This document shows, one piece after another, positions 1 through 8,759 of a stretch of 53,902 bases of DNA. This DNA comes from Candidatus Nanopelagicus sp. Lineage in GTDB: Bacteria; Actinomycetota; Actinomycetes; Nanopelagicales; Nanopelagicaceae. The notes below the pieces were generated by a model. It saw only the letters and a program-made list of their open reading frames with translations. It was not told the DNA's origin and searched no databases. The stretch covers positions 5,464 to 59,365 of the forward strand of contig DAOROF010000001.1 in NCBI GenBank assembly GCA_035441405.1, given 5' to 3'. The position numbers and the translations under genes were made by a program. Numbering within the stretch: the first letter of the stretch is position 1; each line of letters opens with the position of its first letter.

Positions 1-1467
1 ACTAAAGGCTTAGGTGAATTTCAACCTCGAGTTTATTTTGGTGAAAATGTTCCGGATTACTCAATTATTGGTGGGCCAGCTGCATCAAATCCTGTTGAGC
101 TTGATTATCCAGATGACAACTCGCCAAATGGGCAAAAGAATTACACCTATACAGGTAAGGGTGGAGTGCCAATGGGCTCTCTATTTACCCGATTGCTATT
201 TGCAATTAAGTATCAAGAACAAAGAATAGTTTTATCTAATCTCATAAATTCTGAGTCTAAAATTCTTTTTGAAAGAAATCCAAGAGAGCGAGTGGCAAAA
301 GTTGCTCCTTGGCTAACTCTTGATGGTGATCCATACCCTGCAATCGTTGATGGCAAGATTCTTTGGATTATAGATGGCTATACAACAAGTGCTGGATATC
401 CAAACTCTCGAATAGTTAACCTAGCTAATACTGGAGATGCACTAACAAGTAGATCAAATGCAGTTGCATCCCTAGATGATCGAAATGTGAATTACATAAG
501 AAACTCCGTTAAAGCAACGGTTGATGCTTACGATGGCACAGTTTCACTTTATCAATGGGATGAAAAAGATCCAGTGCTAGCTACTTGGAGTAAAGCATTT
601 CCAGGCAGTGTTAAGGCTAAGAGTGAAATCACTCCTGATTTGTTATCTCATATTCGATACCCAGAGGACATGTTCCGAGTTCAGCGAGATATTTTGAGCG
701 CCTACCATGTAACAACTGCTGAAGCGTTTTATGGCGGACAAGATTTCTGGAGAGTGCCCCTGGACCCATCTACATTTGGAGCTAACTCTGGTGTACAGCC
801 ACCTTATTACTTGACTATGCAGATACCAGGGCAAGATAAGCCAACTTTCTCACTTTATACCCCATTTGTACCAAGAGGTGGGCGCGAGAATTTAACTGCA
901 TTAGCTGTGGTAAACGCTGATGCTGGTGATAATTACGGAAAAATAACTGTGCTGCAGCTACCAAGATCTACAAACGTTGCCGGCCCTTCACAGGTTGCAT
1001 CAAATTTTGAAGCAAAACCTGAAGTTGCAACCTCGCTATCACTACTTCGCCAAGGTGGCGCAGATGTTGTGCTAGGTAACCTATTAACACTTCCAGTTGG
1101 TAAAGGCTTACTTTATGTTCAGCCAGTATATGTACGAGCAACCGGAAATACTGCGGCATATCCACTACTACAAAAAGTTTTAGTTTCATTTGGTGATCAA
1201 ATTGGATTTAGTGAAACTCTACAAGGTGCGCTAGATCAAGTATTTGGTGGCGACTCTGGAACTGAAGCATCTACCAATCAACCTGATTCACCAATTAATG
1301 GTGGAGCTGGAACAAGTCAGGCAATCAAATCTGCAATTGCATCACTGCAATCTGCATTTGCAGAGCTTGAGGCGGCACAAAAGCGTTTAGATGGTGCTGC
1401 TGAAGATCGTGCACGAGCTAGAGTTAAGGCTGCGATATCTGCATTAGTCTCCGCTCAAAATAGATAA
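1..1467 (+). CDS. UPF0182 family membrane protein (5'-truncated by window edge)
   Basis: Frame is open from base 1 (TKGLGEFQPRVYFGE...) into the 166..1467 ORF; family-typical segments APWLTLDGDPYP, NYIRNSVKATVDAYDG, HIRYPEDMF, GNLLTLP..LLYVQPVY; followed by tRNA-Met as is usual in actinobacteria. Confidence 0.9.
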   Translation, partial: TKGLGEFQPRVYFGENVPDYSIIGGPAASNPVELDYPDDNSPNGQKNYTYTGKGGVPMGSLFTRLLFAIKYQEQRIVLSNLINSESKILFERNPRERVAKVAPWLTLDGDPYPAIVDGKILWIIDGYTTSAGYPNSRIVNLANTGDALTSRSNAVASLDDRNVNYIRNSVKATVDAYDGTVSLYQWDEKDPVLATWSKAFPGSVKAKSEITPDLLSHIRYPEDMFRVQRDILSAYHVTTAEAFYGGQDFWRVPLDPSTFGANSGVQPPYYLTMQIPGQDKPTFSLYTPFVPRGGRENLTALAVVNADAGDNYGKITVLQLPRSTNVAGPSQVASNFEAKPEVATSLSLLRQGGADVVLGNLLTLPVGKGLLYVQPVYVRATGNTAAYPLLQKVLVSFGDQIGFSETLQGALDQVFGGDSGTEASTNQPDSPINGGAGTSQAIKSAIASLQSAFAELEAAQKRLDGAAEDRARARVKAAISALVSAQNR

Positions 1468-1521
1468 TAAATTCTTCTATTTTGGTTTAATACTCAACCT
1501 ACTCTAAGATTTATTATCCGA

Positions 1522-1598
<77 letters not shown>

Positions 1599-1600
1599 AA

Positions 1601-3907
1601 TTACTTAATTCGTAAGCTATTTAGCACCACAAATAATGATGAGAGCGACATAGCTGCTGCGGCATACATAGGTGAAAGATTTCCGGTGGCTGCAACTGGG
1701 ATAAAAGCAACGTTATAAAAGAAAGCCCAACCCAGATTTGATTTAATAACCCTTACTGTTTTCTTAGATATTTTAATGGCATCAAGGGCAGCCATTAAAG
1801 ATGGCCGAACCAAAGTAATATCGGCAGCAGCAATTGAGGTATCAGTTCCAGATCCCATTGCAATACTTAAGTCTGATTTGGCGATAGCTGCGGCATCATT
1901 TATTCCATCACCAACCATCAACACTTTTCCATTTTCTTGTAATGAGGTTACAAAATTCAATTTATCTTCAGGGGTTGCTGAAGCAAAAATATGATCGATC
2001 GCAATCCCAGCTTGAGATCCTATGCTTATTGCTGCTGATTCAGAGTCGCCTGTAATTAACCAAGTTTTTATCCCTGATCTTTCAAGTTTTTCAATGGCCA
2101 TCTTGCCATCTACTTTTATTTGATCTCCAATTTCAAATACTCCATACGCCAGACCATCTATTGCTAAAACTGCAACAGAGTTAGACCGATACTTTGCGCC
2201 TTCAATTGCACTAACTAATTTTGGCGAAAACTCTGTAGTGCTTCGGGCTATTGATATTGGTGAGCCAATCAAAACTGCCCGCTTAGATGTTGAAGTATCC
2301 GTTTTTATACGACCAGTTACGCCTGCGCCAGGAGTGTGTTCAAATTCAGTAACTTCCCACTTGAACGCACCTTGCTTAGATAATGACTCAGATATTGCAA
2401 TCGCAATTGGATGAGAATCCATGCTTTCCAGACTAAGTGCATAACTCATTAGATCAGTGGCTGATATCTCCGTACTTTGCTTATCTAGTGGATTATTTAT
2501 TAAGACCATTTCTAGTAATTGCATTTTTCCAGTAGTTAAAGTTCCAGTCTTATCAAAGACTGCATCTGTAATTCCTACCGCTTTTTCAATAGATCTTGGA
2601 GATCTAATAATGATGCCGTTCTTGGCCGCCTTACCAGATGCCACCATTAGTGCAATCGGAGTAGCCAAACCAAGTGCACACGGACATGCGATTACTAAGA
2701 CTGCAACCGCAATTGAAATGGATTCAGCAATACTTTGATTCATCAAATACCAAGTTAAAAAAGTAGCAATCGCAAGAAGTAGAACAACTGGAACAAATAC
2801 TTTACTGACCTTATCGGCAAGTTGCTGTGCGGGTGCCTTTTCTGATTGTGCGGTGAGTACCATTCTAGTAATTCTGGCTAACTCAGTATCAGAGCCAACT
2901 CTTGAAGCTTTAACAAGTAAATTTCCGTTGTTATTAATCGAACCAGCAAATACCAGGCTACCAACTGCTACCTCAAGCGGCGTGAATTCACCTGTTAAGA
3001 AAGAATTATTCACTGTGCTAAAGCCCGAAATTACTGTGCCATCAGTTGCAATCTTTTCTCCTGGCTTTACAACAAAAATGTCTCCGATTTCTAATTCTGT
3101 TATAGGAATGAGTTTTGTTTCGCCATTCTTATGGATCTCAACATCTGATGCAGATAATTTGAATAATTCAGAAAGTGCTGAACCGGCTTTTCGCTTAGCT
3201 TTATGCTCTAAGTATCGGCCTAACATGACAAAAAATATGACAGCTGCTGAAACTTCAGCATATACAAAAGATGTTTCACTTTCATTTGGGGTATATATAG
3301 CAGCTGAATATGCACTCCAGATAAATGTAATTAAAGATCCCAATGAAACAAGAGTATCCATAGTTGGATTTAATAGGTTTTTTATAGCTGCTCTGTGAAT
3401 TGGCCAGGCTAAGATAAATACAACTGGCAGAGATAAAGTTATCAGCAACCAAGTACTAATTGGTGCGTTTGGATAATTAATCACCAGATCCTGGTTGTTA
3501 TCATTTAAAAATACATTGGTTCTATCGATTAGTGAAAGTAACTGCTGGTCAACTTTTCCATGAAGATCATGAAACATTGAGATAACAATTATTGGGGCAG
3601 AAAATAACAGCGTGAAAAATAGTCTTATGCCTAAGCGATTTGATTTTTCAAATGATTCTCTTTCGCCCTTAAATGCGCTAGCTGAATAACCTGAGCTTTT
3701 AACGGCTTCTATGAGTTCTTGCTCTGTAATATTTAAGGGTGCAATTATGTGCGCCGATTCCATTGCTAGATTTACAGCAGCCCTTACTCCCGGCAACTTA
3801 TTAAGTGATTTTTCAACTGTACCAACACAGGAAGAGCAGGTCATGCCAGAGATTTGAAGGTCAACCTGTCTGGTTTTACTCTCTTTATACTTTGATAACT
3901 CACTCAC
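1601..3907 (-). CDS. copA: Heavy-metal (Cu+-type, P1B-1) translocating P-type ATPase
   Basis: N-terminal HMA GMTCSSC, TGE, transmembrane CPC, DKTGT phosphorylation site, SHP, GDGINDA, YN and MxxSS in the last helices. Confidence 0.88.
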   Translation of the reverse strand: MSELSKYKESKTRQVDLQISGMTCSSCVGTVEKSLNKLPGVRAAVNLAMESAHIIAPLNITEQELIEAVKSSGYSASAFKGERESFEKSNRLGIRLFFTLLFSAPIIVISMFHDLHGKVDQQLLSLIDRTNVFLNDNNQDLVINYPNAPISTWLLITLSLPVVFILAWPIHRAAIKNLLNPTMDTLVSLGSLITFIWSAYSAAIYTPNESETSFVYAEVSAAVIFFVMLGRYLEHKAKRKAGSALSELFKLSASDVEIHKNGETKLIPITELEIGDIFVVKPGEKIATDGTVISGFSTVNNSFLTGEFTPLEVAVGSLVFAGSINNNGNLLVKASRVGSDTELARITRMVLTAQSEKAPAQQLADKVSKVFVPVVLLLAIATFLTWYLMNQSIAESISIAVAVLVIACPCALGLATPIALMVASGKAAKNGIIIRSPRSIEKAVGITDAVFDKTGTLTTGKMQLLEMVLINNPLDKQSTEISATDLMSYALSLESMDSHPIAIAISESLSKQGAFKWEVTEFEHTPGAGVTGRIKTDTSTSKRAVLIGSPISIARSTTEFSPKLVSAIEGAKYRSNSVAVLAIDGLAYGVFEIGDQIKVDGKMAIEKLERSGIKTWLITGDSESAAISIGSQAGIAIDHIFASATPEDKLNFVTSLQENGKVLMVGDGINDAAAIAKSDLSIAMGSGTDTSIAAADITLVRPSLMAALDAIKISKKTVRVIKSNLGWAFFYNVAFIPVAATGNLSPMYAAAAMSLSSLFVVLNSLRIK

Positions 3908-3922
3908 AGTGAAAGATTACTC

Positions 3923-4984
3923 TTACTTACCTTGTCCGGTAGATAAAACTCTCCGTAGGCTTGCTAGTCGAGCATGATTCTTGTCATCAAAACTCTGCCA
4001 AGTGTTTAACGCACAATCTTGTTCATTATGAGAGCAATTCTTTGGGCACAATGAAATTGGTTCGGAAAATTCTGGAAATGCAGCTATTACCCGCGATGGT
4101 TGAATATGAGCAACACCAAAGGAACGGACTCCAGGAGTATCGATAATCCAACCAAAGTTTTCTCCGGAAAAAGTGGAGGATAGCGGCAAAGCCACTGCAC
4201 TTGAGGAGGTATGTCTACCTCTACCCGTTACTTCATTTACATCTCCGGTTTGACGATAAGAGTTTTGCTGATCATTAACTTGTTTATTTAACTCATTTTT
4301 TGCGAGCAGATTATTAACCAAAGTTGATTTACCTACGCCAGAATGTCCGATTAGAACAGTAATTTTTCCAGTTAATGCATTCCTTAATCCAGATAAATCT
4401 GAACTTTTTTCAGTCTTAAATACAGGAATTTCTAGATCTTTATAAGTTTCAAGAAAGTTATCACCGTTTGCCAGATCCTGTTTAGTCATAATAATTAATG
4501 GCGAAATTCCCTGGTCATACGCAACTACCAATGCTCTGTCCACAAAGCCAGTTCTTGGTTCTGGATTCGTGGTTGAAATAACTATTGCAAGTTGATCAAC
4601 ATTAGCCACGATGACTCTCTCATCTTTTAAGTTGTCGTCAATAGTTCTAGTTAGTGAGTTTTTTCTTGGTTGGACAGCAACGACTCTGGCCAGCGATCCC
4701 TCATCTCCTGTGGTGTCTCCTACTATAGAAACCAGATCACCTACAACTACAGATTTCTTACCTAATTCTCTTGCTTTCATGGCAGTAATAAGTCCGTATG
4801 AATCATTCTCTGTTATTAAACACTTAACTCGACCACGGTCTACTTCAATAATTATTCCAGTTATCGCCTTTGAATAATCAGGTCGGTCTTTAGTTCTTGG
4901 CCTAGTTTTATTAGTTGACCCAAATTGCCTAGATTTGTTGATTCTTACATCATCTTCATCCCAATTTTTATGTGACTTAGCCAT
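3923..4984 (-). CDS. rsgA: Ribosome small subunit-dependent GTPase A
   Basis: Circularly permuted GTPase motifs TKQD, GHSGVGKS, GRHT, DTPG and C-terminal CPKNCSH..C zinc finger; start moved to ATG 4984 (MAKSHKNWDEDDVR), overlapping the aroA stop. Confidence 0.92.
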   Translation of the reverse strand: MAKSHKNWDEDDVRINKSRQFGSTNKTRPRTKDRPDYSKAITGIIIEVDRGRVKCLITENDSYGLITAMKARELGKKSVVVGDLVSIVGDTTGDEGSLARVVAVQPRKNSLTRTIDDNLKDERVIVANVDQLAIVISTTNPEPRTGFVDRALVVAYDQGISPLIIMTKQDLANGDNFLETYKDLEIPVFKTEKSSDLSGLRNALTGKITVLIGHSGVGKSTLVNNLLAKNELNKQVNDQQNSYRQTGDVNEVTGRGRHTSSSAVALPLSSTFSGENFGWIIDTPGVRSFGVAHIQPSRVIAAFPEFSEPISLCPKNCSHNEQDCALNTWQSFDDKNHARLASLRRVLSTGQGK

Positions 4985-6272
4985 TAAGCATTTCCACCCA
5001 TAAACCAGGAAAATCTGGGAGAGTCTTTTTTGTTGTCTCAATATTTTCAACAACAACTCCTTCAACCGCTAAACCAATGATTGCTCCAGCAGTTGCCATT
5101 CGGTGATCCTCATAGCTTTTAAATTCTTGTTTTGCAATTAGTGGTGTTGGCTTAATACTTAGCTCACCTGGTCCTTCACTCACTTTTCCACCAAGGTTAT
5201 TTATCTCAGTTGCTAGAGCCGAAAGTCGATCAGTCTCATGTAGTCGTAGGTGGGCAATTCCACTTAATCTTGATTCAGTCTCTGCTAACGCCGCTAATGC
5301 TGCAATAGAGGGAGTTAATTCACCAACATCTTGTAGATCGATATCGATTCCTAGAATTTTTCCGGTTCCAGAAATTTTTAAACCTAATTCACTTCTTTCA
5401 ACTTTTGCACCCATTTTAGAGAAAATATTTCTAAGCTGATCCCCTGGCTGAGAAGTGATTTCAGGCCAGTCGAGTATTTCAACGCTACCACCACAAATCA
5501 TAGCTGCTGCCATGAATGGAGCAGCATTTGAAAGATCTGGCTCAATAATTAAATCCTGACCTATTAAATCTGTGGGCTTTACCTGCCAACTATTTGTACC
5601 AACTTCAACCTTTGCGCCAAATATTTTTAGCATTTGAATCGTCATTTCAATGTGTGGCAGAGATGGTAAGGACTTACCAATATGTTTAACGGTAATCCCA
5701 TTTTCAGTTGCAGGTCCAAGTAAAAGTAGCGCGGAAACAAATTGACTAGAGGAACTAGCATCTACCTCTACTTCACCTCCGATAATTTTTCCTGCACCAT
5801 TTATAGTAAGTGGAAGTCGATACTTGTCATTGTGTTCAATAGTTACTCCAAGTTGTTCCAAAGCTTTAATCACTGGAGCTAAAGGTCTTTCATGAGACCT
5901 AGCATCACCATCAAAGTGAATTAAGCCATTTGCAAGTGCTGCTATCGGTGGCAAAAAGCGCATTACTGTTCCAGCATTTCCAACATCAATACTTGCAGGA
6001 CCAATCATTTTGTTTGGTACTACTTCATAATCAAATCCGTCTTTAGTTTTAATAACAGTAATTTCAATACCTAAACTTTGTAACCCTTTGACCATTAAGT
6101 CGGTATCTCTTGACGAAAGCGGTTTTCTTAATCGAGAAGGAGTTTTAGCAAGCGCCGCTAAAATTAATGCGCGGTTAGTGGCTGATTTAGAGCCCGGAAT
6201 AGTTATCTGAGCATTAATTGGTTTGCTGGCAGGGGTAAGTCCAGACCTGTAGGGTGCTTTCCAATTCGCCAT
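4977..6272 (-). CDS. aroA: 3-phosphoshikimate 1-carboxyvinyltransferase (EPSP synthase)
   Basis: PGSKS.TNRAL, GNAGTVMRF, SSSSQF, LRLHETDRL and DHRMA motifs. Confidence 0.96.
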   Translation of the reverse strand: MANWKAPYRSGLTPASKPINAQITIPGSKSATNRALILAALAKTPSRLRKPLSSRDTDLMVKGLQSLGIEITVIKTKDGFDYEVVPNKMIGPASIDVGNAGTVMRFLPPIAALANGLIHFDGDARSHERPLAPVIKALEQLGVTIEHNDKYRLPLTINGAGKIIGGEVEVDASSSSQFVSALLLLGPATENGITVKHIGKSLPSLPHIEMTIQMLKIFGAKVEVGTNSWQVKPTDLIGQDLIIEPDLSNAAPFMAAAMICGGSVEILDWPEITSQPGDQLRNIFSKMGAKVERSELGLKISGTGKILGIDIDLQDVGELTPSIAALAALAETESRLSGIAHLRLHETDRLSALATEINNLGGKVSEGPGELSIKPTPLIAKQEFKSYEDHRMATAGAIIGLAVEGVVVENIETTKKTLPDFPGLWVEMLNG

Positions 6273-6342
6273 ATGCCTTAAGTCTACCTTCCGCTCACTG
6301 CACCAGGATTTGGCTCTGATCGTGCTTAAGCGGATTGGTTAG

Positions 6343-6368
6343 GGAATATATCCGAGGGTTTTAAGGTT
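6343..6368 (+). promoter_or_regulatory. SigR/SigH-type ECF promoter (autoregulatory), GGAAT-N18-GTT
   Basis: GGAAT at 6343-6347 and GTT at 6366-6368 with exactly 18 nt spacer, matching the Streptomyces SigR consensus, directly upstream of the sigR gene. Confidence 0.75.
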
Positions 6369-6376
6369 TTGCTTCT

Positions 6377-7087
6377 ATGCATGCACTTATACCCATAGCT
6401 GCTTCTCATAAAATATTCACTCCTCACTTTAAAACTGCATTCGAGGTAGCCTTAGACCAAATGAGTAATGACAATTTACTACCTGCGGTAGTAGACCGAG
6501 ATAAAGAAACCTTAGCGCAGAGAAAAGTAAGGTTTGAAAATGATGCATTAGTTTTTACATCACAACTTTACGGTGCAGCACTTCGTTATACGAAAAATAC
6601 TCACGATGCTCAAGACTTAGTTCAGGATACCTATGCAAAGGCTTTCACTAGCTTTCATCAATTTGAGCCAGGAACCAATTTAAAAGCTTGGTTATATAGA
6701 ATTCTGACAACAACATTTATAAATAATTATCGAAAAGATCAGCGGCGACCACAAATTTCAGCAGGTGAAGTTGAAGATTGGCAAATTGCAGATGCTTCTT
6801 CACATACTAGTGATCAAGGAAAATCTGCCGAAGAGGAAGCCTTAGAAGGTATTGCAGACAAAGATGTAAAAGAAGCATTAAGTGCAATGCCCGAAGAATT
6901 TAGAATTGCTGTTTATCTCTCAGATGTCGAAGGTTTTTCCTATAAAGAAATAGCAGAGATTACTAACGTCCCAACCGGCACGGTAATGTCGAGATTACAC
7001 AGAGGTAGAAAACTACTCCGCACCTCTCTTGCTACCTACGCTAAAGAAAGAGGATTTGGCAAAAATAAAGCTGGTGATAAGTCATGA
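6377..7087 (+). CDS. sigR: ECF sigma factor, SigR/SigH type (alternative start at 6461)
   Basis: [42 protein letters not shown] region 2; region 4 [23 protein letters not shown]; coupled to a ZAS anti-sigma gene. Confidence 0.9.
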   Translation: MHALIPIAASHKIFTPHFKTAFEVALDQMSNDNLLPAVVDRDKETLAQRKVRFENDALVFTSQLYGAALRYTKNTHDAQDLVQDTYAKAFTSFHQFEPGTNLKAWLYRILTTTFINNYRKDQRRPQISAGEVEDWQIADASSHTSDQGKSAEEEALEGIADKDVKEALSAMPEEFRIAVYLSDVEGFSYKEIAEITNVPTGTVMSRLHRGRKLLRTSLATYAKERGFGKNKAGDKS

Positions 7088-7485
7088 GTTTTAACAATAA
7101 TGAGTTTATTAATTGTGATCAAGTATTACCTAATATAGTTTTGTATATCGATCACGAGTTATTTGATTCTCAAGAAATAGTCTTGGTAGAAAATCATTTT
7201 GGCGCCTGCACACCGTGCAGATCAAAAATGGAGCAAGAAGCCCACAACCTGAATCTAGTTCGAAACCTGTTGTGTAATGCTTTAGCTGAACAGGCACCAG
7301 ATGATTTAAATGATCGAATAAATACCCAAATAGAAGATCTATACAACCAAATGCTTAAGTCCAGCCAAACTCAAAGTATTACTGAATTTACCTTCACTCA
7401 AACAACTTATACGGAATTTACCGATGATGGTACGACTCAAATTGAAATAACTCGCGAAATACGCAGGGAGTTCCCGCTAGAGTAA
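7084..7485 (+). CDS. rsrA: Zinc-binding anti-sigma factor, RsrA/RshA-like
   Basis: N-terminal Cys plus HFGACTPC (HxxxCxxC ZAS motif); ATGA overlap with sigR. Confidence 0.8.
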   Translation: MSFNNNEFINCDQVLPNIVLYIDHELFDSQEIVLVENHFGACTPCRSKMEQEAHNLNLVRNLLCNALAEQAPDDLNDRINTQIEDLYNQMLKSSQTQSITEFTFTQTTYTEFTDDGTTQIEITREIRREFPLE

Positions 7486-7510
7486 TTACTTAATCACTAA
7501 TGTTGTGATT

Positions 7511-7963
7511 ATGAAAGCTGAGCAAGTAATGGGCGCCATTGGTATGGCTAATATGACTATTCGCCCTGGAGATACTTATGTTGCGCAGGGAGTAAATGAT
7601 CTGCCAGTAGTTGGCTCAAATCAGATTTCAGCTTTAATGGAGAGTGCTTGTAGCACGGCAATAATTGAATTTTTAGATTTTGGTGAAACAACAGTTACAA
7701 CTAATTTACAAATCGAAATTCAAGGTGCTGTAGGAATTAATCATGAAATTCATGCAACAGCCAGATGTCTTGGATTAGACGAAGGTGTATTAAAATTTGA
7801 AGTAGAGGTTCATCAGAGTGCGAGATTAGTAGCTTCAGGTTTTATTACTCGTAAATTTGTAGAACGAGTCTCTTTTATGGCTCGAGTTGCCGCAGAAACA
7901 ATGGTTGCTGAAAAAGAAAATCAAGTTAGTGAAAAAAAAATCGCTAGTAGCCTAAATATTTAA
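7511..7963 (+). CDS. Hot-dog fold thioesterase family protein (FlK-like, divergent)
   Basis: LPVV...ALMESAC..A, G.TTV, F.VEV...LVASG...R pattern of FlK-like thioesterases; ATG 7511 preceded by TAATGT -10-like hexamer. Confidence 0.6.
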   Translation: MKAEQVMGAIGMANMTIRPGDTYVAQGVNDLPVVGSNQISALMESACSTAIIEFLDFGETTVTTNLQIEIQGAVGINHEIHATARCLGLDEGVLKFEVEVHQSARLVASGFITRKFVERVSFMARVAAETMVAEKENQVSEKKIASSLNI

Positions 7964-7975
7964 GCCACTAGCGAT
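7940..7975. terminator. Bidirectional hairpin between convergent thioesterase gene and sodN
   Basis: ATCGCTAGTAGCCTAAAT / ATTTAAGCCACTAGCGAT near-perfect inverted repeat flanked by an A-run on the left and a T-run shortly after on the right. Confidence 0.65.
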
Positions 7976-7982
7976 AAATTAA

Positions 7983-8390
7983 TTATTTTTTGGTTGCCCA
8001 GAAAATTTCTGCAATTTCATCAATTTTGCTTATGAGTTTTTCTGCAACAGCAACATCATTAGTACCCTTACTGCCTCCAGCACCGGCTAACTTAGTTGCC
8101 TCATTAAATAACACATGTAGTTGTGGATAGGCCTCAAAATGATTTGGTTTAAAGTAATCTGTCCACAATACCCAAAGGTGATGCTTAACTAGCTCTGATC
8201 TTTGCTCTTTAATGGACACAGCACGGGCCTTGAAATCATTATCACTGCTTGCAGCATATTTTTCCATACAAGCTTTTACAGATTGAGCCTCAATTTTTGC
8301 CTGTGCTGGATCGTAAACACCGCATGGTAGATCACAATGAGCATAAACAGTCTGCGCTGGCTTAATTAACTTCGCTAATAGATTTAACAT
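7983..8390 (-). CDS. sodN: Nickel superoxide dismutase precursor
   Basis: Ni-hook HCDLPCGVYDP after a 17-aa propeptide; LWVLWTDYFK motif. Confidence 0.97.
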   Translation of the reverse strand: MLNLLAKLIKPAQTVYAHCDLPCGVYDPAQAKIEAQSVKACMEKYAASSDNDFKARAVSIKEQRSELVKHHLWVLWTDYFKPNHFEAYPQLHVLFNEATKLAGAGGSKGTNDVAVAEKLISKIDEIAEIFWATKK

Positions 8391-8441
8391 TCATCTCCCT
8401 GGTTTAATGATTAGTAATCTTATGGTGGCAGAATACTCTGC

Positions 8442-8759
8442 ATGTTCGGGTTTAGCACAGTAGAGGTTTCAGGAAACTCTATGGCTCCAACCTATAATGC
8501 CGGAGATTGGCTATTAGTTAGATACCTAAGTGGCAAAGAGCACACCCTAGAGGTCGGAAAGGTGTACTTAGTTGAAGATCCACTGCGACCAGGAATTAGG
8601 CTACTTAAAAGGCTAATGCAGATCCGCAGCGAGCATGGCGTAATGAGATATTGGGTAGAAGGTGACAATTCACAAAGCACTGATTCTCGGGCCTGGGGGT
8701 GGCTTGAGCAGAGTAATTTACTAGCTAGAGTTTTATTAAGATATAAAAAAGGAAATTAA
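8442..8759 (+). CDS. sodX: NiSOD maturation peptidase (S26-like)
   Basis: V.GNSM.PT...GD, LLKR, GDN...STDSR.WG signal-peptidase motifs; divergent from sodN. Confidence 0.88.
   Translation: MFGFSTVEVSGNSMAPTYNAGDWLLVRYLSGKEHTLEVGKVYLVEDPLRPGIRLLKRLMQIRSEHGVMRYWVEGDNSQSTDSRAWGWLEQSNLLARVLLRYKKGN

Noticed and set aside
14-229. 71-aa ORF at the window start
   Set aside because: Out-of-frame overlap with the UPF0182 gene, whose frame is open from base 1.
1776-3398. Plus-strand ORFs inside copA, and similar antisense ORFs inside kgd, pnt, rho, prmC, tsaC and atpA
   Set aside because: Shadow ORFs opposite well-supported genes, with no motifs or start signals.
4985-5065. 27-aa N-terminal extension of rsgA in the ORF track
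   Set aside because: Lies within aroA; the family-like N-terminus begins at ATG 4984.
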